Assembly (NCBI RefSeq): GCF_000143415.4 | Contig: NW_003314262.1 | Coordinates: 1,539,960-1,603,959, forward strand | Length of the DNA stretch: 64,000 nt | Source: Selaginella moellendorffii | Taxonomy: Eukaryota > Plantae > Lycopodiophyta | Direction of reading: 5' to 3' | The notes under the pieces: generated by a model | Told to the model about the DNA's origin: nothing | The model's input: the letters and a program-made list of their open reading frames with translations, nothing else | The model's database searches: none | Shown here: piece by piece, positions 10,601 through 22,085 of the stretch | How the letters are laid out: each line of letters opens with the position of its first letter | How positions within the stretch are numbered: position 1 is the first letter of the stretch | Translations under genes and position numbers: made by a program

Positions 10601-12986
10601 GGGCAACGAAAAGATGATAGGTAATGCCTCGCGGTTATGGCGTGTGTGCTCATGCCATTCATTGCAGATCAAGGGCTGAGTGAAAGCAGGCAGTCACCAC
10701 CTCATGACTCAGATTCCTATGGTGGACTCCCCTTCCCCAATCTCAATGGAGAGGTACAATGGATGAGGGAAGCTTTTCAAGGTAGGGCCACGTTTTTCTC
10801 ATCTCGTCGTCTTCGAAGGGTGCAAGAACGTGCAGAAACCATGTTAAGACAGTCGGGTGAGGATACGGTCCTAGGTCACGCACTAAAACAGGCTATGGAT
10901 GTCTTGTATTTTGAGATGGAGACTCGGCCAGATGATTTTCCCAAGATGGTCCTGGAAGAACAAGCCATCCAGCCTGAGCAGCCTATGGAAGAAATGCAGG
11001 AGGGGGATAAGGAGCCAGAGAAAGATAATGAGCAGGAAGAGCAGAAGGACGAAGAGGAGGACAAAGAAGAGGAGGACGAAGAAGAGGAGGACGAAGAGGA
11101 CTTGGATGGTCCTCACAATGGTGACGATCACAATAACGACGACGACGATGATGACGACGATGGCCAGCCTGAGGTGGCCAAAGAGCGGCGGAGGAAGGTC
11201 ATACAAGATAAACCATCAGGTAAATAATAATACATCCATTCCTAACCTTTTACCATTTTTAACATTGTCCATGTAGGTCACAGAGCAAATGGTAAGTAGA
11301 GATTATTCAGTTGAATTTACAAACTCTAGCCTTTAGTGTCGAGGAAGGATAGTGCCAAGCAAGGGTCGAAACGTATGTCCAATCCTTCAGAATCAGCAGT
11401 GCGCTCAAGTGATATCGGTCCTAGTTCCTCAATAGCAGTTGATGGTAAATACAGTATAGTCGATTCAATGTGCTAATGAGTTTGTTTTTAGTAGCACGGG
11501 AGGATACCATCTCAATCGAAGGGAGATATTTGGACATGCATATGGATCCGCCAGTGGACTCTACTTGGCTGCAAGAGTCATCAGAGCTGGTGGAGGCTAC
11601 TATCCATATCAACGCCAAGCAAGCTGACCACGCTCCACTTGATGCTGCCCATACCACTGAGTCAATCTTGTCCATGTATCCAACTGACGGTGACCAGACG
11701 CCATTGGACCCACATGAGGCCGCCCCAGCCGCCGAGCCGGTCGTATCCTCATTTCCAACGGACTCAACGTGTGCCCAATCGTCTAACTACGCGCCGTTGG
11801 AACCTCCCTACACCGCCCCTGCTGCCTGTTCGGTCATGTCCACTTTGCCAACGGAGGCACCAGCTGAAATGGCGTGTGATCACACGCCATTGGAACCACC
11901 CCATGCCACTGTTGAGCCAGTTGTACCAGAGTCTACAGCTGAAATGGCATGTGCCCACACGCCATCGGATGTGATTGACCCCACATTGCAGAGGAGAGTA
12001 TTTCCGCCCTTCACGTTTCCTCGACCAAAACCCTCTCAACGACCATCGGGAGCAACATTCGCTAATATTGTAGATGGTAAAATTGACTTGTACCATTTTT
12101 TATGCTGACGCATTTCATTTCAGAGTCACGGCGAAGGTACTGTATCGTTTTTGATCTGAACGGTGTCCTTTTCTCCCATGAGCGTGGCTCGTCCTCGAAT
12201 GTCATTGCACCCTCCAAAGCCTGCGGTCGCAAGTTGGTCAAAAGAGACAGATTCACATTAATCACACGGGAGAAACTGCGGGATCTAATAATGACCATGC
12301 GACACTTAAAACAGAGGGCCGGGTTCAATTTGCAATTGGGAGTTTGGACATCCATGATGCGCCACAATGCATTAACGTTGCTACAGATGATGCACGATCA
12401 GACGCGAGTAATATTACCATTTGACTTTCTCCTAACGCAGGAGGATTGCTTGACTATGGTCCATGTGAGGGGTAGCAAGCCCATCTTCGTCAAGCCAGAG
12501 GCTGTAGTGATGAACCGGACTGCTAGCTCAAGTGAAATCCTCATCATCGATGACTCGCCGATTAAAACTGCAGCGAACACGCACACATATGCAGTGCACC
12601 CCATCTGTTGCAGTATGGAAACTAGGGAGAAGAAACCGTATGTTCTGGGGGACCTTGCAAAACGGCTTGGAGCGATGGTGATAGAGAACCGGCCAGTCCA
12701 GGAGGTGGCTGCAGAAATCAACCAAATGGCAGATGGAATGGTATATCAGAAGCCATTTGATCGGACAGACACCAGTCATCATTTATGGCATGTATATTGT
12801 CTAGCCAAGCACTATCCGCATCTCCATAATCTGCTCAACCGGATGGGTTCTTCGACCACTGAACATGAGCGTGGACGTATTAGAGAAGAGATGGCATTAC
12901 TATTGGGTTTAAATCCTGATAGTGTGGAGAGTGATGAAATTCCAAGATTATTGTATAGGCGTTGGAGGCAAAAAATAACAGTCTGA
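7606..12986 (+). CDS. Transposon cargo gene, >=10 exons, ~1,640 aa: ParB/Srx-like domain + degenerate beta-class DNA MTase fold + acidic/Pro-rich region + FCP1/NIF HAD phosphatase-like domain (one premature TGA in this copy)
   Basis: Exons 7606-8784, 8839-10162, 10213-10299, 10356-10427, 10477-10620, 10668-11219, 11277-11291, 11337-11444, 11492-12076 and 12124-12986 are joined by 45-57 nt GT-AG introns and stay in frame. TGA at 10545-10547 is CGA in copy 2. The true start and 5' exons (~7360-7600) are unresolved. Confidence 0.75.
12124..12986 (+). CDS. FCP1/NIF-family HAD phosphatase-like domain (last exon of the cargo gene)
   Basis: IVFDLNGVL (motif I, DxN variant), LGVWTS (motif II), QEDC, KPIFVK (motif III), ILIIDDSPIK..N..AVHP (motif IV), in the expected order. 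Confidence 0.85.
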
Positions 12987-13404
12987 GATGGCATGTATTT
13001 ATTTAAAAATGTAACTTATTATGGCATGGGGTTCCATGCCATTGTATTAATATTAAAAGACAATTCTTTGAGAGGATTTGCATTATACTAGAAGTGTTAC
13101 AGCATGTTATTGGAAGTCTACGAAGTTGTTTTATTAATAATGGGAAAGTAAAGATTGAATGGGGACTTGGGCTCCACCTAGACTCGGAGCAACTGAGCCA
13201 ATATTAAAAGGATGGAAAGAAATTGGACGACGATGACAAGGAGAAGAGAGAGGTGAAGCAGTGGCAGGGGGAGGAGAAGTGATTGAGTAGACATTTCCTT
13301 GTTTAAAATAAAATGGCATGTGCCTCAATGCAGTTGAATTTTGTTATATTTATATACTATATAAAGGTTTGGAAACCTTATTTTACAAGTGGGATAATGA
13401 CAAT

Positions 13405-13428
13405 TCCCACTTTAACGAAATAGAGCTT
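13405..13428 (-). repeat. Right TIR of copy 1
   Basis: TCCCACTTTAACGAAATAGAGCTT followed by TSD AATT. Confidence 0.97.
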
Positions 13429-13432
13429 AATT

Positions 13433-14800
13433 GGTGCTAAGTGAACCCTTTAATGTTACTCCCAAAAGAAAGATGGAGGGGTCACTAACTTATTCGCACA
13501 AGGTCCCTTCATTACTCTTGCAACTTCTTGTTTCCCGGATGCATCTCAGTGTCTGGACCTTCCACTACAACAGCACTAGCAAGACGTTGTTGACGCTAAG
13601 GTCTCCACCCAGAAAATGGAGGTTGCTAATCTAGAAAATGCCAATAATGCTGATAAGTGTGCCTAACTTTATGACACACCCAGTAGTGAATATCACGGCC
13701 ATAACCACGTCCTCACCCTTGTCCTTGAATTTGAGCAGTAATAGCAATATCAACCTCCATTAGAACAAAATCATCTCCCAGAAGAAGTGGAGTTGAAAGA
13801 TGTGTAGCAAGAAGTGGAAGAGGCGATATTTCATAACATTGTGCCAAGCAAAAGGCATTGTCAAAGGTAACTGGAGCAAGTGTATACATAAATCCTACAA
13901 AATCTTGATGCAATGTTAGCCACAACATTCCCAGCTTGATCTAATCTAACATATTTAGCTCCGCATAAAGCAAGAGGCTTTAGAAACGAACACTAAATTG
14001 CATCACTGACTTAGATGGTCTTTGACAAAGACGATACAATTATTGAAAGGCATCATCACAATTGTCAGCATGTTTGAATGTGCATTTGAAGACGTTTAGG
14101 AAAATACTCCAATCCCCACAAGTGGCTATACTCAAACCATTATACCATTGCAATACCGTCCTTTGGAGACACGTAGGAAACTCACACAAATGTTAAACAT
14201 CATTTCAAGAATGATATATGGGAATCACTATAAAATGATCAAACCAATAGTACACATCATCCCTAGGATTCCTATGAAAGAACTTTGGCCAAATGCTAGG
14301 ATTGACACTAAGAGCAAGAGGAGCTGTACCACATGCCATAAATATCGCTATCAACTAAGTTTAGTTGTTCAATTGCAATTGTGTAGCATTAAGCAATTGC
14401 ATTAATTGCTACTCCAAAGTCAAAGGAGGAGGAGACTATTACTCTGCCATGAAGATGATTAAAAAGAAAAGAGCAAAAGAAATGAAATGAAAAAAACTAG
14501 AAAGAAAGGGAAATCTAGACAATATAAAAGCTAGATCTAAAGTAAAATCTCGAAAGGAAAGAACAAAAGAAAGGAAATGGAAAAAATTAGATTTAAATGA
14601 TGCAAAATTTAGATTTAAACCAAAATCCCAAATCTAAGTACTCCTTAGGGACAATCAAAAGTGCCCCCACCTCCACCAATGTGAGTGCATGGAATATAAA
14701 AAGGGAATATAGAAAATATGTATATCAATTAGCTTAAAAACTCTAGTTTATATATTGGTCTAGATTGAAACCAATATGACGACTACTAAAATCCCACTAT
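13433..14800 (-). mobile_element. Continuation of the degenerate Gypsy relic (gag region and probable LTR remnant)
   Basis: Colinear with the paralogous fragment at 28120-28830 (inverted). Many stops. Confidence 0.55.
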
Positions 14801-16099
14801 GATAATATTAGTATATAGCATCGTAATTGTACATTTGGACCTTACAGTTTTAAAAAATTTAATCTGTAAATTCAATATATAAGATTAATCTAAAAGTATA
14901 TCAATCACTAAATGATAGAATATACTTAGCAGTATATAAGAATGTTTATAAATTATAAATATACTCATGTATTTTTCATCTCTTTATTTACTGATTGACC
15001 AAGAAAATTTTGATTATGAGATTTGAACTCAAAACCTACTATATATATGGATTGGGCCATGAGCTATACGCTTGGGGTTAGATAACAGAGTTCCTATAAA
15101 AGTAAGGTCTTAAGAACTTTATATTTAGAGTGTTAAAAAAATCTATTTTCCTTCTCTACTATTGCTTTAGTAGTTTATTAGTAGTTGTCTTCTATTTTCT
15201 CAACAACAAACTCTTGACAGTATAAGAAAAATCCAATATAACACTTCATTTGCAACTCTAATAAATTATTCAGCACAAATAGTGGCTTTCTAGTTCCAAA
15301 TTAAATATTGGTATGTTAATAAAGTTTGATGGCACATGGTTCGAGTTTTATAGCTCCCTCAACCAAGTTAAACTTTAAATCACTATGAAGCCTAAATGAT
15401 ATTCCATTCTAACTTCATGTATAGGACTAATAAAAAATTTTCTTACTAAGACACCTCTTTCTTGGTTATTCACACTTTTTTGGAAAGAGTGATTTTATTC
15501 TTCAAGACTTCAATCTCTTTTTTCAGTGCTTCACTATCATTTAGTTATATTAGTCGAGAGTACATAGCCATCAACAAGTTCCAACAATTGCACTAAGGCT
15601 CCAAGTATGCATCTACTTATGTATCAAGATTCCAAATGGTTGTCACTAATATTTCATAAGATAATATAACTCTTAAAGAACTTTTTTGCCTTGGCCTGTG
15701 TGAGGATGTCAGGAAATTATGCTTTCTCTCTAGATTTAATATCGCTCATGATTGTCATTAATCTTGTTGTTCACTATAATAATCGATTGTAAGAACATCA
15801 ATTAAAACGTTATCATCAAGCCTTTATTCCTTATCCAATAGCCATAGTCTTGGAGTAACTAGCATATGATGCACAGTTCTAATAGAGATTAGAGTTGCAC
15901 ATTGATGGCATCTTTCTGGTAATAAATAATATGTCTAATCAAAATGACCTTTCCATATATTATGGCAATGTCAACCACTTTCAAATGTAATATCCTCATC
16001 TTCATAGTCATACTTAGGCTTCTATAGAGCTTTTTTATCTTGAAAAACAAGAATATATAGTCAAATTAAGAGATATTTGATTAAAAAATTCATTTCTTT

Positions 16100-17170
16100 T
16101 ATCGTAAATATGACTGTGGGTATCAAAAGTTATTTGTTGGCAAGTTCTTTTATATATTCTTTCTTTACTATTATGATAGCAAGAAGTCGATATTGTTAGT
16201 TCCCTTCTCAGTCCCTGTTATTCGAGTGTTAGTAAACTTGACTTATGGCCAGATAAGCATAAGGAATGAATTCCTAAGTGTTTATTTAGCTAATGATCTT
16301 GGCTCAATTTGTTAATTTTTTTTTTACTTTGTCCTACATTGGCTTGACAAGAACCTTTACAATCTTGAGCTTAATCCCTCAATATTCGCTAAATGATAGT
16401 TTACCATATTTGGCAAAACACTCTTGTTATCATGCCCCATGTGTTGATTCCATTTAGTCATATTGGTTATTTATAGAAAGTATCTAGAACTGTTAGTTTT
16501 GGCATATCTATAGAATGTAGAGATTGTCTTAAACACAATAGTGTTATTGCTATGTCCAAATTCACAATTTAGTACCATTCCATATTTAGTAAATTTCAAG
16601 CTTGTCTCAAAGACTAAGTCTTAGTATTAAAGGTGAGAGCCTAAAGCATGTGTTCCTTAAAGGGGGAGGGTGGGGTGTTATGGGAGGGTTCAAATGTATA
16701 GTAAAAATAGTGGGTAAGTTGGGTATAGCCGACTAATTTAAGATATAATATAGCTCCCATTTGCGTGTCTTTCTTTATTTTGTATTTGGTTCAAGTCTAA
16801 ACTCAAGCTCCATACTATGTTAGTTGGTGGAGTACTTATATCCTCGCATTAAGCCACTGATATATTAAAATAGCACCAGATTTCATTTGACTTTATTTTG
16901 TATGTTGGTTTTGGCATTGGGATGTTTAAAGCTCTAGGACTATTCTATTGTGACTATGTGCTTATGTTCTTTTTCTTTTTAGGTTAAACACTTAAAAGTT
17001 ACTTCATGCTCTAGTTCCTTTACTCTTTCATTGCAAGTTTGGGAGTTTGGATTTGTTCCTTTATTCAATGGCCCAAAGCTCTGAAACTCGGGTTTCACTA
17101 TATTATTCTTGGATATGTGGTATGCTACACATGGCATATAAAGGGTTTAGGTTCTACTTCGTGGTTTATT
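16100..17170 (+). mobile_element. Highly decayed solo LTR, same family as the LTR at 54578-62858
   Basis: Aligns by eye along its length with 54578-55554 plus 62712-62800 (e.g. tatcgtaaatatgactgtgggtatcaaaag vs tgttgcgaatgtgacttcaggtatcgaaag), with heavy C>T/G>A decay. Confidence 0.7.
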
Positions 17171-20100
17171 TATAGTAAATCACTATAGGATAAATTTTTT
17201 TATCTTTACTCCATTCCTTTTGTTATGGATCTCTAAGCCTTTCCACATCATTAAACCTATATAATAGGTAATGATATAAATACTAGGGAGCCTAAAATTA
17301 TAATAAACATGGATGGACAAGTGGGGTGGCTCCATCAACTGGGAATTTATATTTTTTTGTGGCATTATCCTTTGATAAACACAATGGAGAGTTGATAAAT
17401 CTCCTTTAGGCTTATTACATAAAAGACTAAATTCATGAAAGTGATAACATTTTGGATTCATTATAACATCTCTTTCAATGTTATTTCCATCCTAAAGGCT
17501 TTTATCATTATAGGTCTTATTGTAAGACATGAATCCCAAGTCCCAAAATAGAGTTGAAGGCATGCCATATGGTAGTTATCAAAGTAGAAGTTTAACAAGT
17601 GTAATATGTTTGGGCTAAAAGTTCTAACTTAAAAAGTCAAGAGTAAAAGTGGAACTCTTAAAGAAGCACTTGAGGAACAAGATTAATAAATGAGTCTCTA
17701 AACAGGGACAAAAGAATGATTAACATAGGTAAATATTGTGATATGTGGAAGTGTCAAGATCAAATCTGAGATTGAAACCAAGACCAAGTTTCAAATCAAG
17801 TCTAAGACCGAGTTTGAGTCCCAGATCATAAGATGAAATCCCAAAATGATCATCTCATAAAATCTAGGGGGTTTGGTAAGTCTTTATAAGATAGTAGGGG
17901 AATGATTTTAAGGAAACCAATGTGGCTAAGGAAAGCTAGTGTGAGTAAAAAACACTATACTTATATAGTGGGTGATGATATGAATACTAAAGAGTTTAAA
18001 TCTAGAGTGTATATGGATGGATAAATGAGGTGACATGGTAAAATATTCAAAAGTCTTCAAGAGATTGAATGGTCAATGCTTTTAATCCAAGTGTGGGTAG
18101 CATTACCTAATTAGATACCCACCAAAAGGTATATGACATAGTTTTTAGATAAGTTTTACTGTTTTTCATGTTAAAAATATCTATGAGTTTTGGTTTTAAA
18201 AAAAAGTGAAACTTATATTTAGTTTTATATTAATTTATAAAGAAGTTTTTTATCTAGTTTTATATATATTAACCTATTTATTTTTGTATTGGGTTTTATT
18301 TAAACAATCTTTGTGAGCTGACCTAGCCAAATCATCTAAAAACAACTCCAAATATACATATTTTATATGCTACTATAAGATTTTCCAACATAATAGAAGC
18401 TTTGTCTTTGCAAGAAAATATATATACTAACCATAAAAGAAACAACCAGAAGATACCATACTTTTATGTGTAGCTATTATTATCAGACCTGCCTGAGAAG
18501 GTATCTAGAAAACTCTTCACTAAAGAGGCCTTGAAGAAAATGTAAACAAGTGGAGAAAATCACAACTAGAAACTAACTTCATTTGCAATATTGGATAATG
18601 CCCTGTACAAGCCAATCCAGATAGGCAAAGTTGCCAAGGTTGGCAAACATCTTGCAAGAACAAAAATAAAAACAAACAAAGAAAGAAATACATCAAGCTT
18701 ATGAATTATAGAACTTATCAGTAAGAGGATTAACTTTAGCTTGCTGATAGAGATGAGCTATCTCCATTTAAATCCTTTCCTGAACAAATGTAAAGACATT
18801 TTCTTGCGTTAAGAAAAGCATAAAAGAGAATAAGTGAAAAGAATATATAAAGCCAAAAGTAAATAATAAAGAGATAGAATCAAACTATAAGATTTAAGGG
18901 ATATATCATAAGGTGGTTATGTAAGTTGGGAGTGGGGGTTGCTTAAAGATTTTACTATTTTCATCATGGTATTTTAAATAGTATAAACTATAGAACTCAC
19001 TATATTAGATTAAATGGTGGTTAAAAAGCTTGTGAAAGAAGAGGCCTTAACAAGTTTCTAAAGGATAGAGTCCCCCTAATGTTCTAAAGATGATTTTGGG
19101 TAAGTTGATATTTAGAAAGTTGAGTAAAACTAGTTTATAGGTATACACGAAATCAAAGTAGCATAACAAAAGTGTAGTCTTAAAACTTGCTATGAGGCAA
19201 AGCTATTAAAATGAAGAAATAGTCCCCACATGTTAAAAGGGATGGTTTTGAATGAAAGTTGGAATTTGAGGACTTACATACTTATATGTAAAAATATATT
19301 ATATTGGCTAATTGAGGATTAGCTGCTCAATTGGGCATCTGCTGCAAGAATTGGATCCCTCACTCCAGGATTCGTCCTGCTCATCCACAATTGATATTTC
19401 TTGTTTTCCAGAAATCCCCTAGTTGTGGAGGATCCACTAGTGAAGTTCATTCACAAGCAAATGTCCCACACCACCATCCCAGGGCAAGAGGTCCAAGATT
19501 TCTTGCTGAAGAGTTGACTTCAAAAAAGAAGGTATATGAGGCCAATCATGAAGGAGTCCATGTATGATGATAAGTTGATGACATAATTTACCTAGTGAAA
19601 AGAATTTGGAAGTTCGGAGGAATGAGGTTCTTAAGTTATAACCTATAGTGCATATACAAAAGATAAACTAATTAGCATGAGTATAAATTTGGTGCATCAT
19701 CATAAGGAGTCATGTTAAGTATCATATATAATACCACCCATAGATGTATATACAAAAGGTATGTTAGAGTCCCAACTCTTTAGTGTTTGGTGCAATTAGC
19801 CACAAGGATGGTCCAAACTTGAGTTGAGCTTATAAGTTAAGCTCAACTCAACACAAGTCAACATAATCAATTAGAAGTTTTACAAAGGAAATCTAAATTG
19901 AAGAAATGAAGGTTTTGATGAACTTTAAAATATTGAAATATGTAAGTACTTGAGTCAAGTATTTTTTAAAAATTGAGTCATTTAAAAAAGATAAAATTTA
20001 TGAAAACCTATATCATTTTACTATAAACTACTTTTACAATTGTTATATTTTTGTTTTCTTGGTTTTTAAAACATTTTGACAGCTAGACATTATTAGTATA

Positions 20101-22085
20101 TGTTGGTTAAGGCAATATACATTTATACACTATTCCTGCATTTGAAAGATTTTTCTAAAGTTCTTAAGAAGATAGAAAGCAAGAAAAATAAAAAAATTAT
20201 AAGTAAGAGTTATAGTGTAAGGGAATGTGAGAATGTTAATTTTGTTTTAAGGAAAACAAAATATATGTGAGTAAGAGTTATACTACAATAAAATGTGAAA
20301 ACGTTAATTTTGTTTCATTACCACAATTTCTATATTACACTCTTGGTCTTTATTACCCATTTGGGAATATAGAATTGTCACTATTGATAAAAATGCTTTT
20401 GTTACTTCTAAAACAAGAATCTAGAATAAGAGAAATGAAAAAATGAACAGCACAGTGGAAAATACTAAGAAATCTACTTCATAAAAGTTTTTATGTCATT
20501 TGTAATTTATATATGAATTTATATAAGAATGAAATCCTCCCATATTAGAAGGCCAAGGTATAGTTTTATGGTGAATCCAAAATAAAAGTTTTCAAAAGTC
20601 ATTGTGAATAATAATAATAAAAATCAAAATCTTTCAAAAGACTCAAACGTAATATCACATCAAAGAATCAACTCTATCTACATTTCTAAGACTAAAAGGC
20701 ACTCTTGGACAAGAGAATGCCAATGTGCCAATATGCCCTACCACTATAATGTAGTTTATATTTTTCTAGAAAATTGGTATAAGTGTAGAAAAGAATGTAT
20801 GTGTAGTGGAGTAAGTTTTCATTAGAATGATAAAGCATATGTATATACAATAATCTAGAATTCTAAAAGCTCTTATATTTACATGTAAGCTATAATTATG
20901 AAGCCTCATTTCTGAGACTGACATTTCAAGAATTTGAGTATCGATGTCATTCCACTTAGTATATAAATTACCAAAGAAAGTTATAACCACCATAGTTTTT
21001 TTGTTGTCCTTAAGCTCTTTAGAAGTTTGTATAGAAATGGCTCAAAGAAAAGTCACTATTACTTGTACTTAGCCCCCTAATATTTCATATTAATCTCCAC
21101 TTCTATTCTATCAATGTTTCACCTTCACTTCCACATAACAATCCTTTTTCTACTAGGGGCTTTAGTGAAACTAAATTAGAGCTCCATATATATGAAATTC
21201 TGAATCTTGTTATTAAAGAGAGATTGCCTCTATTGTTTCAACAGTAGTGCCACATTTTTTTGTAAGATTTTGCTCCTGACATGGTAGAACTACTTAAAAG
21301 TATAGAACACTATTATATTTAGTGTATATTTTTTTGGGTAAGACAAATGGCTCCATGGGTTTACAAGATTTTCTTGAGCACTATAACAATTGCCCAATGG
21401 CAACTTTGATAAATGTGCATGTATAGATGTATAATAGATTTAAGAACGAGTTACAGACATATACCCACTATTAGTTTATAATGAAGAAAAATATCCACTT
21501 GGGAAACACTATATTGGTTAGTGCAAAATATAGGGTTTTTATGCCATTATATAGTGGAATGTAAGATTTAGAATTGTCCCTTAATATATATATATATATA
21601 AAATGAAATGACATTAGTTGTAGATACCATACCTTGTTCTAGAGTGCCCACTAGAATATCCATAATATATTCCTACCTATACTGACAATCTATCTACACT
21701 ATAAAATGATTATAACAAACAAGGTATTAGAAGTGTAGTGTTTGGTTTAAGAATGGCTCAAAAAAAGAAAACATATAAACTCTTTTATTTGCACAATAGT
21801 CATTTTTCACATTCCCATTCTTCTTTTGGCACTACTAAGGTTGAATCATCCTCTCATTTTGACCTTTTATTCTAACAATCTATAATTATGATATCTAACA
21901 TTGACATTATCATTGATATCTGATAGTGTCAGCAATATTTGACATATGATAGGCTTTTAATTTCATATAAGGATGCATCTAATTTTTTTTTGCTTCATCA
22001 TCAATATATTGATTCCTTCTACACCTCATATATTGGTATTGTGGGGAAGATCCACCTTGCATTTGTTGAGTCATAGCTTCTGCAT

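Larger units (their letters stand above)
788..13428. mobile_element. Giant TIR DNA transposon, copy 1 (Sola1-like, ~12.6 kb including a 243-N gap)
   Basis: Perfect 24-bp TIRs at 788-811 and 13405-13428. 4-bp TSD AATT at 784-787 and 13429-13432. A paralogous empty site near 28.4 kb supports the boundaries. A full inverted second copy lies at 38406-51538. Encodes a DDD/E transposase. Confidence 0.95.

Noticed and set aside
1329-13335. CRISPR array interpretation of the 24-bp palindromic repeat
   Set aside because: Spacing is irregular (57 bp to >1 kb), there are no cas genes, and the context is eukaryotic with introns.
786-13430. piggyBac (TTAA TSD) assignment for copy 1
   Set aside because: The empty-site paralog and the AAAG duplication of copy 2 show that the AA/TT belong to the TIR. 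The transposase motifs are not piggyBac-like.
17200-22080. AT-rich region with short ORFs
   Set aside because: CpG-depleted decayed repeat debris; no supportable feature.
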